A stretch of DNA of 64,000 nt from the human T2T-CHM13v2.0 reference genome, Homo sapiens. Positions 13,671 to 27,660 of this stretch are shown here, in pieces. The position numbers and the translations under genes were made by a program. The notes under the pieces are model-generated. The model was not told the origin of the DNA, did not search any database, and saw only the letters and a program-made list of their open reading frames with translations. Each line of letters begins with the position of its first letter. Within the stretch, counting starts at the first letter, position 1. The stretch is taken from NCBI RefSeq assembly GCF_009914755.1, contig NC_060931.1; one strand, written 5' to 3'.

Positions 13671-14837
13671 TAATTTTTAACTGTAATGGTAGTATCCTTT
13701 CCAAAAGAAAGCACAGAAATATAAAAATTAAATAAATTAACTTCAAAAAGCTACTTTGGAAACATAGTATAAAATGATTCAAGGAAATACACATTTTCCT
13801 CTTTGTACATGACTCTAGAATAAGCTGTAGGTTTACTAATGTCTGTATATTTTTGTTTAAATAAATAAATATTTTTTGTTTACTTCGACTTGTAGAAATT
13901 TAAGATTATAGTATAATAGTAAATTCTGGAAATGTTTCAGCTCTGTTTCAAGCTAGGTGTTTTTAATATTGTCCTGAAAATTGTTCTTTGCCATCATGTG
14001 CATTTTTCCTTCATGTTTACACTAAGTAGACATAGCTTCTGACTTCCCAAACTTCTTATCTCTTGCTCTTCTAAATAATTCTGGATAATGAGATATAGTA
14101 TTGCTAGGAAGCAATGTATTCTCATGCTGTGGAATTGTCATGAAAATACCCTGTCTGAAATACTTTTCTGCCTTTCCAATGCTCAGAATAATGCCTAAGG
14201 AAATTTACTTTTATGAAGTGAACTTTAGATGCAATTCTCCTACTCTTGAATAATATGCAGCATGTATGCATAATTCAGTTTTGGTAGTTTGTATAAAGAT
14301 GCCTATGAGGAAGAAAAAAAAAAACAAAATTTGGATGACTCACATCGTCACTCTTGGTAATCAGGAAAAATCAGATGCACTGAGCTTGGCCTGAAAGAGA
14401 TGATAATTTTTGGGTGTGCAAAGATATTCTTTTATGTTGCATAGTCATTATTGTCATCATCATCATACTGCCCACCATTGGAATTTGAGCACTTTGTGGG
14501 AAGGGGCACTTGGATAAAAAATATCAAGTCTGATGACTCCAACTCCCATATTGATTCTAATCTTATTGCCTACAATAATTAGATAATTTTATCAAATAGC
14601 CAACAGAATTATCTTTCAAATTACTCATAAAATGTTTTAAGATTTCCTTTTGAATATAAATTTGTTTCTTTGTATTCTCTTTCTTATTTCCTGCTTTCTC
14701 TTTCATGTTTCAAATATTTTAAATAACCCATTAACTTTCTTCTATTCACATCTTAGCTGCACTTCTTTGTACTATTATTAGTGCTCTAAGAATTATAGAA
14801 TGCATCCACAACTTACGACATTCTATTTATAGTCACC

Positions 14838-15085
14838 TTGTTTTGTTTTCTTTTGTTTTGAGACAGGGTTTCACTCTGTCACCTAGGCTGGAGTACCATG
14901 TTATGATCACAGCTCACTGCAGCCTCAACCTCCCAGGCTCAAGTCATCCTCCCACCCCCTGAGTAGCCGAGACCACAGTGTGTGCCACCATGCCCAGATA
15001 ATATTTATTTTTATTTTTTTTGTAGAAATAGGGTCTCATTATGTTGCCTAGGCTGGTCTCAAACACCTGGGCTCAAACTGTCCTC
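14838..15085 (-). mobile_element. AluJ, 5'-truncated
   Basis: gagacagggtttcactctgtc...cagctcactgcagcctcaacctcccaggctcaag are J-type diagnostics. Confidence 0.9.
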
Positions 15086-15099
15086 TTAATTTTTTAAAA

Positions 15100-16280
15100 A
15101 CTAAAAAATAAATACAACTTCTGAAGCTCTTCAATCTATTTTGAGTTTTCATATAATATTTTCTTCAACTTTGACTTGTGTGTGTTGTTTAGCTCTGCTG
15201 GTGGCTAATTGTATTAGTCTGTTCTCATGCTGCTAATAAAGACAATAAAGACATACCTGAGGCTGGGTAATTTATAAAAGAAAGAGATTTAATTGACTCA
15301 CAGTTCCACATGGCTGGGGCGGCCTCACAATCATGGAAAAAGATGAAGGAAGAGCAAAGGGATATCTTACATGGTGGCAGGCAAGAGAGCATGTGCAGGT
15401 GAACTCTCCTTTATAAAACCATCAGATCTTGTGGGACTTACTCACTATCACAAGAACAACATGGGAAAGACCCACCCCCATGATTCAATTACTGACCACC
15501 AGGTCCCTCCCATGACACATCGGAATTATGGGAGCTAAAATTCAAGATGAGATTTGGGTGGGGACACAGCCAAACCATATCACTAATTATCTCAGCTTTT
15601 ATCAGATAATTTATTTAAATAAACTTATTTTTGAAGAACTTATTTATTGGATGTAAAATCTGCATTGACATTTCAAAAACCATTTTAAATAGAGCATTAT
15701 ATTGTCCTCGGACCCTCATTGTTTCTATTGTAGACAGATCATAATTCTTTCATTGTTCCTCAATGTATAGTTTTATTTCTTAGGTTGCTTTAAAATTTTT
15801 CCTTTTTTTGTGTTTAATACTTTAACTATTATATGGTTAGGTGTGGTTTTTCTTTTATATATTATACTAAGGTTTTATTAAGATTTATTTTTATCTCTAG
15901 ACTGATGTTCTTCATCAAATTAGAAGAAAATTTTATCATTTTTTAAAATATACTTTTATATTCTATTCTCAATCTAGTCTCCTTCTAGTCTCTAATTATC
16001 TATATGTTAGTTTGTATGATATTATTCCACAGGGCACTAAAGTTCAATTTATTTTCTTTAATCTTTTTATTTATTTATTTTGTTTGTTTTTCAATTTGAA
16101 TTCTTTCCATTGATATTTTCTGAAGAAGTACATGGAATCTTTCTTCTGTAGTACCCATTCTGTTGCCTGGGCATCCAGTATTTTTTCTAAATTTTATATG
16201 TTATACTTTGAATTTGCATAATTTTGAGTCAATCATTTTTTCACATTTTCATTGCTTCACCAAGACTCCTATATGCTTTA
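15100..16280 (-). mobile_element. Degraded old L1M (ORF1-region) hosting the THE1 LTR
   Basis: T-rich antisense L1 tracts such as ttgctttaaaatttttcc...ttcttcatcaaattagaagaaaatttt. Confidence 0.55.
15210..15582 (-). mobile_element. THE1B/C-like solo LTR
   Basis: tgtattagtctgttctcatgctgctaataaagac...gatgagatttgggtggggacacagccaaaccatatca; perfect TSD CTAAT at 15205-15209 and 15583-15587. Confidence 0.93.
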
Positions 16281-16430
16281 GTTCAGGTCCTTGAGAAGCA
16301 GAGACCAAGATGAGATTAGATATGCAAAGGTTGACTAGGGAATGCCACTAAAGAAACTGGGAAGCCAACCAAAGAGGCATCAAACCACAGTGGAGATCTG
16401 ACTCCTGCAAAAGATAGAAAGAAGGAACCT
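16280..16430. mobile_element. ERVL-class LTR fragment (LTR33/LTR16-like)
   Basis: caggtccttgagaagcagagaccaagatgagattagatatgcaaag motif. Confidence 0.45.
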
Positions 16431-16529
16431 AGGTAGATGTTGATGGCATGCTCTTATAAACACATTTTGATATATTCTTAAGACAAAATCTCCCATAAAA
16501 CAGGTACAGTGTCTCCTAGAAATATACCT

Positions 16530-17574
16530 GCAGTAATATCTCTGACATGCTCAGATCCTGGGTCCAGGTGGGTTCATTCTTGGGTCTCCAGGTGATTTGC
16601 TCAGGGGCTTTGAGTGGGCAGGTCTTCCAGTTACTGGGCAGCGGGTGGAGTGAGGAATGGCAGTAGCAGTGGTGGGACAACCATCTGACTCCCAAGTGGT
16701 CTGTGCTGGTGTTGGTGACAGCTGTGATGGGCTGGATGGGCCAGTCCCCAGGCACACAGGTGGCATGTGCAGGTGGGTTCCAGCTGTGATGGGAGTAGCA
16801 GGTTGGATAGGCCTGCCCTTAGGCCCCTTGCGAGGGCTGCTTGGGTGCCAATGGTAGTGTATGTGGCTGGGTGATCTCCTGGCCCCCAGACAGCATACTA
16901 AGGTACCAGTGGGCATGGAGCTGAACCAGGCAGACCTGACCTCAGGCTCCTGGGTGGTGCGTGCAGGTGCTGGCTGTTGTAGGTGGAGACTGTTCTTCTG
17001 CTGGAGGCAGTGAGGTCACTGCCTGTGCGTCAGCCCTGACAGCAGCAGCCAACTGTGGTGGTGGCTGCAGGTAGGGGCTGTCAGTGTGGCTCCAGGAAGG
17101 TGAAGATACAGAGGCTGTTAGGCCCCAGCACAAAATGCAGTCTGGTGTGGTCTGGGCTCTCAAAATGGCACCTTGCTGTAGCTGCTTAAGACTTGGGGTG
17201 TGTGGGACTCAGCGTGATCTCCCTCTCTGGAGCAATGCCATCATACAGTCTCCAGGAAGCTTCCTATGTTAGTCTCAGGGCCCACCAGGGTTGAGGGGCT
17301 CTCCTGTCATTTCCAAAGTCCATGGTGGGAATGTGGACCACTGGGGGACTCTCACTTACCCTTTTCCTGCATTGGAGACCCTCTCCAGGCTCCCAGCCCA
17401 TCCTGGTGGAGCAGGACAGAAACTTCTCTCCTCCATCCTTCATTTAGTTGTTTTCTGTCACTTCTCTATTGAATTCCAGTGTTCTCTCATAAATGATCTA
17501 TTTGAAGTGTAATTACCTATTTGCTACTTTGGTTCTTCTGTAACAGATGCCTGTAGTCAGTCATCTTGATGCCC
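16530..17574 (-). mobile_element. L1M 5'UTR fragment (GC-rich) reaching the element 5' terminus
   Basis: GC-rich block ending gtcagtcatcttgatgccc, the reverse complement of the caagatggctgac-type L1 start. Confidence 0.7.
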
Positions 17575-18105
17575 TTTTCTTGAGTCACTGCACTCTTGGT
17601 AGTTTAAAACTTCTTTAAAAAATTATTTAAACAATTTATTTATTTAAAAAATAGTGGATGATTGCTATACTATAAACTGGAGATATTTGCCTGTAATGGG
17701 CAGCAGAGAAAATGAGGTAAGATTGTAGTGGGAGGTGGAGTCAGGGGAAAAATCCTTTATAGAATGGGATTTCCTAATGCATGTTAACATGACTATGGAA
17801 ACACCCAGTAGAAAGGAAGACAACAATGACTGGGAAAGAGAGAAAGCAATGGCGCAAATCTCAAAGGACACAAAGAGCAAAGTCCATCAGAGAACAAGAG
17901 AGAAGAGATGATATTAACACAATAAGAACTCAGTAAATGTAGCCAAATGGATAAGTAAATGAACCAATAAATGCCCTGTAGGAATCCCACCAGATGTCCT
18001 GTATTTAATCACCTTTTCCACTCTCCAAAACAATTAAATCTTGGACCACTTTTTCTCATGTTTATAAATTCATTATGTTCTCTTTCTTTTAAAGCAGAGA
18101 ATATT

Positions 18106-18512
18106 GCCTTGCTGTTGTTGCTTAGGACTCTGGTGTGTGTGGGACCCAGCGTGGGCTCCCTTTCTGGAGCAATGCCATTGCAAGGTCTTTAGGCAGCTCT
18201 TTATGTTATTCTCAGGGCCTGTGAAGGCTGAGAGACTCTCCAGTGGCTAAACTTGTCAGAGTCCACAGTGGAATACGAACCACTGTAGGTCTGTCACTTA
18301 CCCTTTCTTTGCAGTGAGAAGCCATCTCCAGGCTTCTTACTTTCCCCTCCTCTCTTACTCTAGGTATTTCCTGACACTTACCTGTTCAATTCCAGTGTTC
18401 TCTCTTAGATGATCTATTTGAGGTGCCATTACCTATTTGCTATTTGGCTTCCTTTTTGTGTGTACCAAAATGGGTACCAGCTGCCTCTCGTCAGCCATCT
18501 TGAAGCCCCTCC
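18106..18512 (-). mobile_element. Second L1M 5'UTR terminal fragment, homologous to 17171-17574
   Basis: Shares tgtgtgggac-cagcgtg, tctggagcaatgcca, ttccagtgttctct and gatctatttga; ends gtcagccatcttgaagcccc. Confidence 0.7.
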
Positions 18513-18900
18513 TTGTCTTTTTATTTTTGAGTTATCACAGTTCTGTATGTATTTTAGATAAAAGTCCCTCATCAGGTATGTAATTTACAAATATTTTCTC
18601 CTTTCCTGAGGGTTATGTTTTCACTTTCTTCATGGTGTTCCGTCAAGCACCAGAAGGTTTTAAATTTTGATAAAGTAAAAATCTGTTTTCCTTTTGTTGC
18701 TCCTGCTTGTATTGTCATAGCTAAGCATCTTTTGCCAAATTTCAGGTTATGGAGATTTACCCTTATGTTTTATTTTAGGGATTTTATAGTTTTAGTTATT
18801 ACATGTAGGCCTTTGGTGCATTTGAGTTAATTTTTATATATAGTGTGAGATGAGTCCCACTTTATTCTTTTGAATGTGTCTATTCAGTTTTTCCAGTATA
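18513..18900 (-). mobile_element. L1M ORF2 3'-region fragment
   Basis: atgtattttagataaaagtccc...catttgagttaatttttatatatagtgtgag. Confidence 0.8.
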
Positions 18901-19446
18901 TTTGGTTTATCCTTCCCTGTGCTGTGGTCTGGAAAGTTCCACCAGGAAAAAGCTAGTGTGACTGTGGTGCTACCTTTATGTTTACCTTTACTTTTACTGT
19001 CTCTTTTGCTGTCCTTAGTCCAGTGCATGAGTAGAGATGCCCATTATATTTTGTCCAACTTTAAAATTATTCATTGTAAAGAAGAAGTCCAAAACAAGAT
19101 ACTTGGTCATGGTCTCCCATACAATTTTTAAATGTCTATGTCTATAATATTCTAAAGAGAATGAATGTTTTTTTCAGATTTTGGTTAGGCAGATGAGGCA
19201 GTTTACATAAATAATATTAAGGCAGTTTTCTGAAAAACAAACAACAACAACCACCACCACAAAAACTGACACTGGAATTTGTGAGAATGGAAATAGATAG
19301 GGTTAGATGTCAAACAAAATATAGTCAAATGGGCATGTCTCCACTATCAGGAGAAGGGGACTCACAAAATCGAAGTGATGTGATCATCTGAGGGATCATT
19401 GACTAGAGGATCCCTGATGAGAATGGTCACCAAAGTTAAATCTTGG

Positions 19447-19501
19447 CATGTACCCTAAAACTTAAAGTATAATAATAATAAAATTAAAAAAGGAAAAAAA
19501 A
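19447..19501 (+). mobile_element. Extremely truncated L1PA 3' tail
   Basis: catgtaccctaaaacttaaagtataataataataaaattaaaaa matches the primate L1PA terminus. Confidence 0.85.
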
Positions 19502-19639
19502 TACAGGAATGTATAAGAAGCAGCTGCTATAGGGGCCACTTAGGTGAACAAGAAAATGCATTTAAAAAATAAGAAATGATGCAGATTGATGAAAACTGGG
19601 AAAACATATTCTTAGACAAACTTAAAAAAGAAATGAGTA

Positions 19640-19986
<347 letters not shown>

Positions 19987-20309
19987 TTACTTTAGGTTCT
20001 GCCTCTATGTCTCAGGAACAACCTAGTCTAAGAACTGTAATGGTGCTGATTGCAAGAAGATTTTAATACTATCAGGGTAAATTTTGCAGAAGCAAAGAAA
20101 GAAAAACACTAACTGAATGAAACTATGAGCTAAAAAGGGGTCATTTTGTATGTGCATCTTAAAACAGCAGAGATAGATATTTGCCCTGAGGATGAGTTAG
20201 GCAGACTTTCAGGGATGCCAAGCCAATGTTGCTCCCTTCCTCCTCCCTTAGGATAGATCTACATAATTGGGCTACTTGAATAAATTAGATCCTGGAATGA
20301 TCATTGATA

Positions 20310-20452
20310 TGTATTTTAAACTCTGCACCTTAGTTTTCACGTGTGATTACTGTGTGCAGCTGTAGCACCTACGTATAGGGTGTTCGTTAGAATTACATGA
20401 AATGTATATAAAGTTCTTGACATACAGTAAGAACTCAATAAATATTAAGTAT
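20310..20452 (+). mobile_element. MIR fragment
   Basis: ctctgcaccttagttttc...gcacctacgtatagggtgtt...catacagtaagaactcaataaatatta. Confidence 0.6.
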
Positions 20453-21632
20453 ATCTAACAGAATATACATGTGTGCCATGTGACAAAACAGAAAGATTTT
20501 ATTATGAAAATGTGATAAGTCGTCAGGTTGAAAATTCAGAATTTTGACTTCATTCACTCCCATGCAACTCTTCCATTGTTTTAGAATTGGAAGTATTATT
20601 TTAGTAAAAAATATGATTGTGAGGTCCCATCCCTTGAAGAACTTCATTCCAAAAGATTTTTTTTTTTGGCCAGTTGAGGTTCTCTATTTCAAAATATATG
20701 TATTTCAAGTAATCTTTTACCTTTTGTAAAATATTACATAGAATAAAATAGTTTTTTTAATTAAGCATAAAATACTAGAGGATAAATACTTACAAGCTGG
20801 AAGAAAAATGGGGTAATTACCTTCAGTGATGAATAGTTTAATACAAGAAGATCTGTAGTACATAAATCTTTCTAAAAAAGTTTTAAATTTGTTTGGGAAC
20901 TCAGAACTCTCTTGAAATTTCTGTGAATTTGCTATTGCAATAACAATAAGGACAATTTTCCATCAGCGTAAACAAATTTTAATGGTCTAGCAGTTACAAT
21001 GTAATTATATGTGCAATGACATGATGAATGTGTTTATATTTTATACATTATAAAAATATTATTGAATTATTAAAGTATGATTTTGGATTAGAAATCATGC
21101 TTCTTGAAGAAAAAAACACATTTAAAATTAAAAGGTTATTACCTAAAGTAATTAAGAGGTGATAAAATGCTAAAATAAGTAAATAAACTAATTTTTGTCA
21201 CTGACCAAGGCAGCTAAGGAAAAATCTAAAAGAAACACATAGTAGCAAATGTAAAAGAAAAAAAATAGTATTTAGATTAATACTGAAACACTTTATTGAA
21301 GGCAAGCAATTATATTATTCCAGGGCACTGAACGTTTACTTACAAAGCTTATATCATAAGAGCATGCTTGCTTTTAAGATTTGTTTCAGCTGCAAATCTG
21401 AGGCCACACAAATAACTGTTAGTTACAAGTGGCAGGGTAAGCTGGCCATTTCCTCTTTGAGGAGAGACATGTTGATAGAAAATTCTACTGAGTTTTTGTT
21501 TTTTTCTGATTGTTTCTTATACTTGAATACTGTTAATACCATAAGAAAAGGAATAATGAAAATGTAGGGTGCATTGTGTTCATATTCATAGCTATACAGA
21601 TGTAACAAAATGAACTAGTAATGACTGTTTTA

Positions 21633-21702
21633 AATATATATGTATACATATGCATGTGTATTTATATATATGTATGTATTTATATTTGTATTTATATATA
21701 CA
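21633..21702. repeat. (TA)/(TATG)-rich low-complexity tract
   Basis: Read directly. Confidence 0.8.
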
Positions 21703-22109
21703 TTTTTAACACACTTATGCTATGTATGCATATTAATACTTGCTTAAATAATTGCAGAATCATAGAAATTCCTGTTTACCAAGATATTCCATATTATCTT
21801 CATTTAATTGGAAAGAAGACTTGAGAAAAATATTGAAAAATATGTGAAATTCTGAGGCACAAAATACTTTTTGACATCTGATGTTATAAACTTACCCTTG
21901 TAGTAAAGCTGCAATACATCACAAATAAAACATTCAATATTCTTTCCAGTAAATAAACATCAGTGGTATTTTGGAAATATACTGACTATTGTACAATAAA
22001 TGGATTTTCTATGTACAAATGGATTTTCTATTTTCTATTTTTTCCTCAATCGAAATATATTTTTCCTTCTCTTTATGGCTGCCACATTCTTGGAATGCAA
22101 TTAGGACTC

Positions 22110-23480
22110 ACACACAATTTACAAATATTTATTGAGCACCTAGTATTTGTTTATTTCTTCATCCACAAGGTTAGATTGCTACCGAGTTCCAAAGAACTGT
22201 ATTAAGGAACATGATGAAGAGGGCAGGGAAGTGGCCTGCTCTTATTTGGTTTTGTGCTAATTGTGGCCATAGGAATAAATCAGGTAAAATACTCATACAT
22301 TAAAATTGTTGTTTCTAAGAAAAGAGGAAGCTGAAGTAGAAGAGGGAAATGAACTAACATTAAGTAGAACAGTCAGGCAAAGAGTGACTGAGACCTCAAT
22401 GAAGAGGAATTTCGCCTTTGACATAGGACAATAGCCTTCAAGTTGAAGGAGTAGCATATACAGACAGCTCAAAACGGGAAAGAACATAGCTTTTTAATTA
22501 ATTGAAAGAACCACAGTGTGATGAGAATGTAATGAGAAAACACAGAATATAATTAGAATGCTAGAAAGGAGACCAATTATTCAGAGCCTTGGAGGCCACT
22601 GAAAGAGTTTAGAGGTTTTTTTGTTTGTTTGTTTTGTTTTGTTTTGTTTTCCTCTGGGTGCTTTTAGAAGGCATTAGAGGGTATTTGATAGGTAGAGATG
22701 TGATCTATTTTATGTTAAGAGAAATATTTTTTTCTGTTATGTGAAGAATTGATTGAATTTAGGCAAGAATGGAAAAACAGAGATCTGTTAAGAGTCACTT
22801 ATAATAATTGAAGCCCAAAATAATAAAGACAGAATTAAAATGATGGCAGTGGAAGTAAAGAGAAGAGGGTAGTATCAAGGAGTGGTTGAAAGAAAAAGAA
22901 AATTGAAGGAAGCAAGGGAATTTTTAAGTATCAGGCAGAAAAATCTTCGTGGATGGACTCAAAGATGACTTGTGAGGGTAAGAGAGGAGGTTTGTTTTGC
23001 CCAGAAAATTCTGTGTTTTTTTCCATTCTTTGGCATATTAAAGTGGAGCATCAAAAGGCAATTGCATATTTGAATATGGATATTAGAAAGAGATAATTGT
23101 GAGTCAGTGGACAAAAGGTAATATATAAACCTATGGGAACGCATTAAATAATCTAGGTAGAAAATGATTGGAGAGTAGAAAAGAAAGGTCACAATGGAGA
23201 GCAGGAAAGAGTTCAAAATATTAAAAGGTTTGGCAGAAAATAAGAAACCAGCTAAGGGGACAGTGATAAATTAGTGAGGAAAAAGGAAAACCCAAAAAAA
23301 GCATGCCATGAAATACAAGAAATAACAGCCCTTCAGGGAGCACGAAGTAGTTCACAGTATGAGGTCTTTCGAGGGATAAAATGAGATGGAGACAGAGACG
23401 TGTTACTGGCAACCCTGAAAAAAGCTGTTCCAATGGCATGATGACAGCAGAGTCATTCCATTAAGAGTTTACAGTCGAGA
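22110..23480 (-). mobile_element. L2 (degraded, fragmented)
   Basis: acaaatatttattgagcacctagta; purine-rich body including atgtgatctattttatgtt and aggcaagaatggaaaaacagagatctgttaaga. Confidence 0.65.
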
Positions 23481-24225
23481 GAGGGAAAAAGATTCATTGT
23501 TATAACATAGTAAATTGCTGTGGTATGGGGGAAAGAGACATTTATTCTAACTTAAACTATCAGTGTAGGCTCCTTTTAGAAGAATATACGTTTAGGTTGC
23601 AACAAATATTCTTTCCTGTGGGATATATAAGATATGTATTTGAAATAACAAAATGAGTTAAAAGAAATTCTTTCAATTGCAGATTCTTCAGGTCTGATCT
23701 ATATTATCTTGTCCCCACCAATGAACTTGCCAAATATATTACCTGTAACAGTACTGGGTTTGATTGAAGACCAGAAAAAAAAAAAAAAACTCTTGCATCA
23801 AGGTGCTTTTTATTTCAGGAAAGTATCTATATAAAAGTCAAAGGATTCCTGAAGTAAAAAATTCTGAGTACTAATTAGAAAGCCCTCCTGATTTTATTTT
23901 TTACATTCAATTAAAGCAATCATTTTATAATATAATATTAACTCTTCTTTCTCAGTTGATTATTTGCATATATATTTTCTAAGTACAATATAAAGTTTTG
24001 GAGAGCAGGGACATAACTTTTTCAACTTTGATGGTGCTCAAGTTCCATGTGACTGTTAGCAAACACTCAGGTAGATATTTGGTGGATGAAGAAAGTACGG
24101 ATGGGGAGAGGTGATATACTGGTTGTGAATTGAAAGATTACTATGAGAAAAATGCAAGGGAATGAAGAAAATGAGCAGAAGAGAATTCCACTTTGAGGAA
24201 ATAGATTAAAGAAAAGTGACATGGC

Positions 24226-24553
<328 letters not shown>

Positions 24554-25254
24554 AAACTCACATGGCGTGTTAAGCAAAATAGTGTTGGCTGGACCAAAAA
24601 GTACATGAAGTGTGGTTCAAGAAAATCTGGGAAAAACTTTAGAAGCCAAATTCAAGAGGGATTTAAGCACTGTTCTGCAATCATAGGTGTGCCATCAAAA
24701 TCTGTAAGCCATATAATAAATTAAAAAAAGATTTTTGTTTTAGAATGATAACTTCAGCAGTAGTTGAACTGCTCAAGATCACCCATGAGAGCAGTAAAAA
24801 GTGAGTTCAGTTATTTAAGCTTGAACACTAAAAGAAAGACAGCAAATTTGAAGAAGAAAATAATAAGATTTGATTAGGACACTGTTTAAGTCTGAGGTTC
24901 ATTCAAGGCATTAATGCAGTATCTATCAGCAGTTCTGAAATATGAACCTTGATTTTGGAAAAGTTGTGAATAATGAATTTGATTAACATGCTTATATGTG
25001 ATTTCCTCTGGCTGTGCTGAGTGTTCCAGAAATAGGTACAATTTTAAAAACTAAAAAGATGGCTGAGAGAATATAGGTTGACAAAAGATGATACCAAAAG
25101 GAGTAGTTTTTAAAAATTAAATCTAAAATGCAAACAAAGCTGAAATGATTGACTATGGGGTACAGACAATGTAAGGTGATCAGGGAGAGAAGAACAATAA
25201 GAAATAATTAATTGTAATAATTGAGGTTAACAGACAGTTCTGAAAGATACACAA

Positions 25255-25445
25255 AAGCATTTGTTGAGTGTTGTCTATTTGGAAGGCCGTTTTACACATG
25301 CTCTTTTCTAACTTTTACAAAATTAGGAATAAATTATCCTCATTGTAATAGAGCCTCAGAGAAATTCAATAACTTGTCTAAACTTATGATGTACATGATA
25401 GTCAGGATTTTAACCCTCATCTGCCCTATGTCCAAAGCCTATAAG
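25255..25445 (-). mobile_element. MIR
   Basis: catttgttgagtg...attatcctcattgtaatagagcctcagagaaattcaataacttgtctaa...tccaaagcct. Confidence 0.65.
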
Positions 25446-27660
25446 AATAAGAAATTGGAGTCAGAAAGAGAAATTTTATTATTTGCGGTACTGGAAGTAG
25501 AGCCTCACTCAGTGCTGCTGAGTGTTCAGTTGTGACTACATCATTAATATCCAACATGAAATTAAGCATAAAAAACACTGAAATCTCCTGAAGAAAACAT
25601 GTTATTCATTACTAAGAACATAACATTAGTCCTTTTTCTAATTTGAGTTAGAACACAGATTTTACATATGTCCCCCAAATTAAGCTAGAAAATAGCTTAT
25701 GAAACATGACAGGTGTTTTAATAAAAATAATTTTAGATTTATTTTATATAATGAAGGGTTAAATTACTTGAGCTAATACCTAAAATTGTGTTCAAAGACA
25801 GTTTAAAAAATCTATAGATGCTATATCAAGGGAGTATTTTCCTACGGGGAGTTCTTATTTGATGTTCCTTCTTTGTACTTTGACATTGGCATCATACATA
25901 TCAGGACCAGTTACATGGTGTCTGTGAATAAAACTTCAGAGATGAGAAGTACGATGTGGCTCATATGCCTAACACTTCCGTGTGTATTATTGGTGGTGTT
26001 TCACAACATGGATTAAGAAAAAAATTGGCCAGCCATATAATGTTGGTTAATAGTATTAAAGATGGACACACTCCTGGTGAGTTAATGAAAACACAAAGAG
26101 AAAACTTCCACATATGACCTAGCTAGGGATGACTACAGAAATGCCAACTATTTCTGTTGACCTTAAGTTTCAATAACTTAAAGTCTTAATTTATTTCTTT
26201 AAAATTATTTGAGCCACCTGCTATATTCTGGCACTTATACTAGATGGTGGAGATATAAATGTATTTAAGGCAAGGACCCTGCTCATAATGAGCCTAAGAA
26301 TGACAGGTGCATGTGTGTGCAGCCACTTGCACACACAGAAACCCCAAATATTATACACCCTTCAAATCTTAACCCCAAATATAAGTTTTACAGTTAGCTA
26401 ATTTTAAAAATCTGAAATAAATTATTAAAATGACATATGAAAGGAAAAATAAGAAGAGAAAAACTTTTATTTTATATTATGTTCCCTTGGAGAAACAACT
26501 TCAAAATAGTAAAAAATAAGTGGCAGTTGAGATACCTGATTGTAGAGTTGAAATCTATGACCTTGTATTGAGTCCCAAAACTATTTTCATTTGTTTGGGA
26601 ACCAGAGCCAGGCAACAATATTACTAGTTCTTTAGTGCCATTTTGAAATTATACTATTCTGGGAAAGTGTTTTTGAGAAACCATCAGGGTTCTGTACTCT
26701 TCGTTGGCTTTTGCAGCGGACACTGACCCTGGAAGAGCATCATCTCTGTGTTAGGTGATGCTTCAATTCTTAAAGCACAGTTGAAAGCCATTTGCAATAC
26801 CATGAACATAACACATTCCTTTAAGGGGTCAAAACATTTTATTTTTTATATATTAATGGTTTCATGGTTTATCTTTAGTAGTGCTAGAACTGTTGTGATT
26901 ATAATTAATGTCATCACTAATTACGCTATGGGAAAACATCATTTTCTTCTAAATTTTGCTAAACTGAAGAAAATATATATGATTCATGATGAGACAGTTC
27001 AATTAACCTTTAGCACTTACTGTATGTTGGTACAAGCAGTTTATTCATGCCATCTGCTTCACTTGCAGGATTTAAGTTGCTGATGATACTACTGTCAAAT
27101 AGAAGGGATTTGGATAAGCTAGGAAATGCTTGATATATTTAGAATTCTGTAATCATTAAGTGATTATGTGTGTGTGGTTGTATATGTATATAATTTATAA
27201 TATGCAATCATTGTATGAGGGCACAAGTTTCACATAAGAGGACATAACACATTTGAAATACTGCATGGTCAATTCCCTCTTAAAATCTGTTAATTAAATC
27301 TTTTTGTACTCTTGATTCCCTTGATAATTATTCTCAACTATTTTATAAAGTAGTCAACTAGCTGGAGGCTAAGGGCCTGTATTGATGTGACATTAGGGAG
27401 AGGCATGGGAAAAAGAAGCCCATTAAAAGCTAGAATTTCTTTTGATATCTCCTGTCTATATGAAAAAAATAAGGAAATTTTGTATTCTAGTTTATATGTA
27501 GATTCTTCTGGGAAGCTGCTAGCTACCATGGTTTGAGAAGACCACTATATCAAAATCTTCAAAAGTGCTTTTTTATTAAAGACATCCTAAGACTAACGCT
27601 TAGCACAATGTCTGGAATATAATAAATTCTTCTTGGTGGATAACATAGTATTATTTTTGT

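Noticed and set aside
16516-17512. GC-rich ORF cluster as a promoter, CpG island or exon
   Set aside because: It is CpG-depleted and explained by an L1M 5'UTR.
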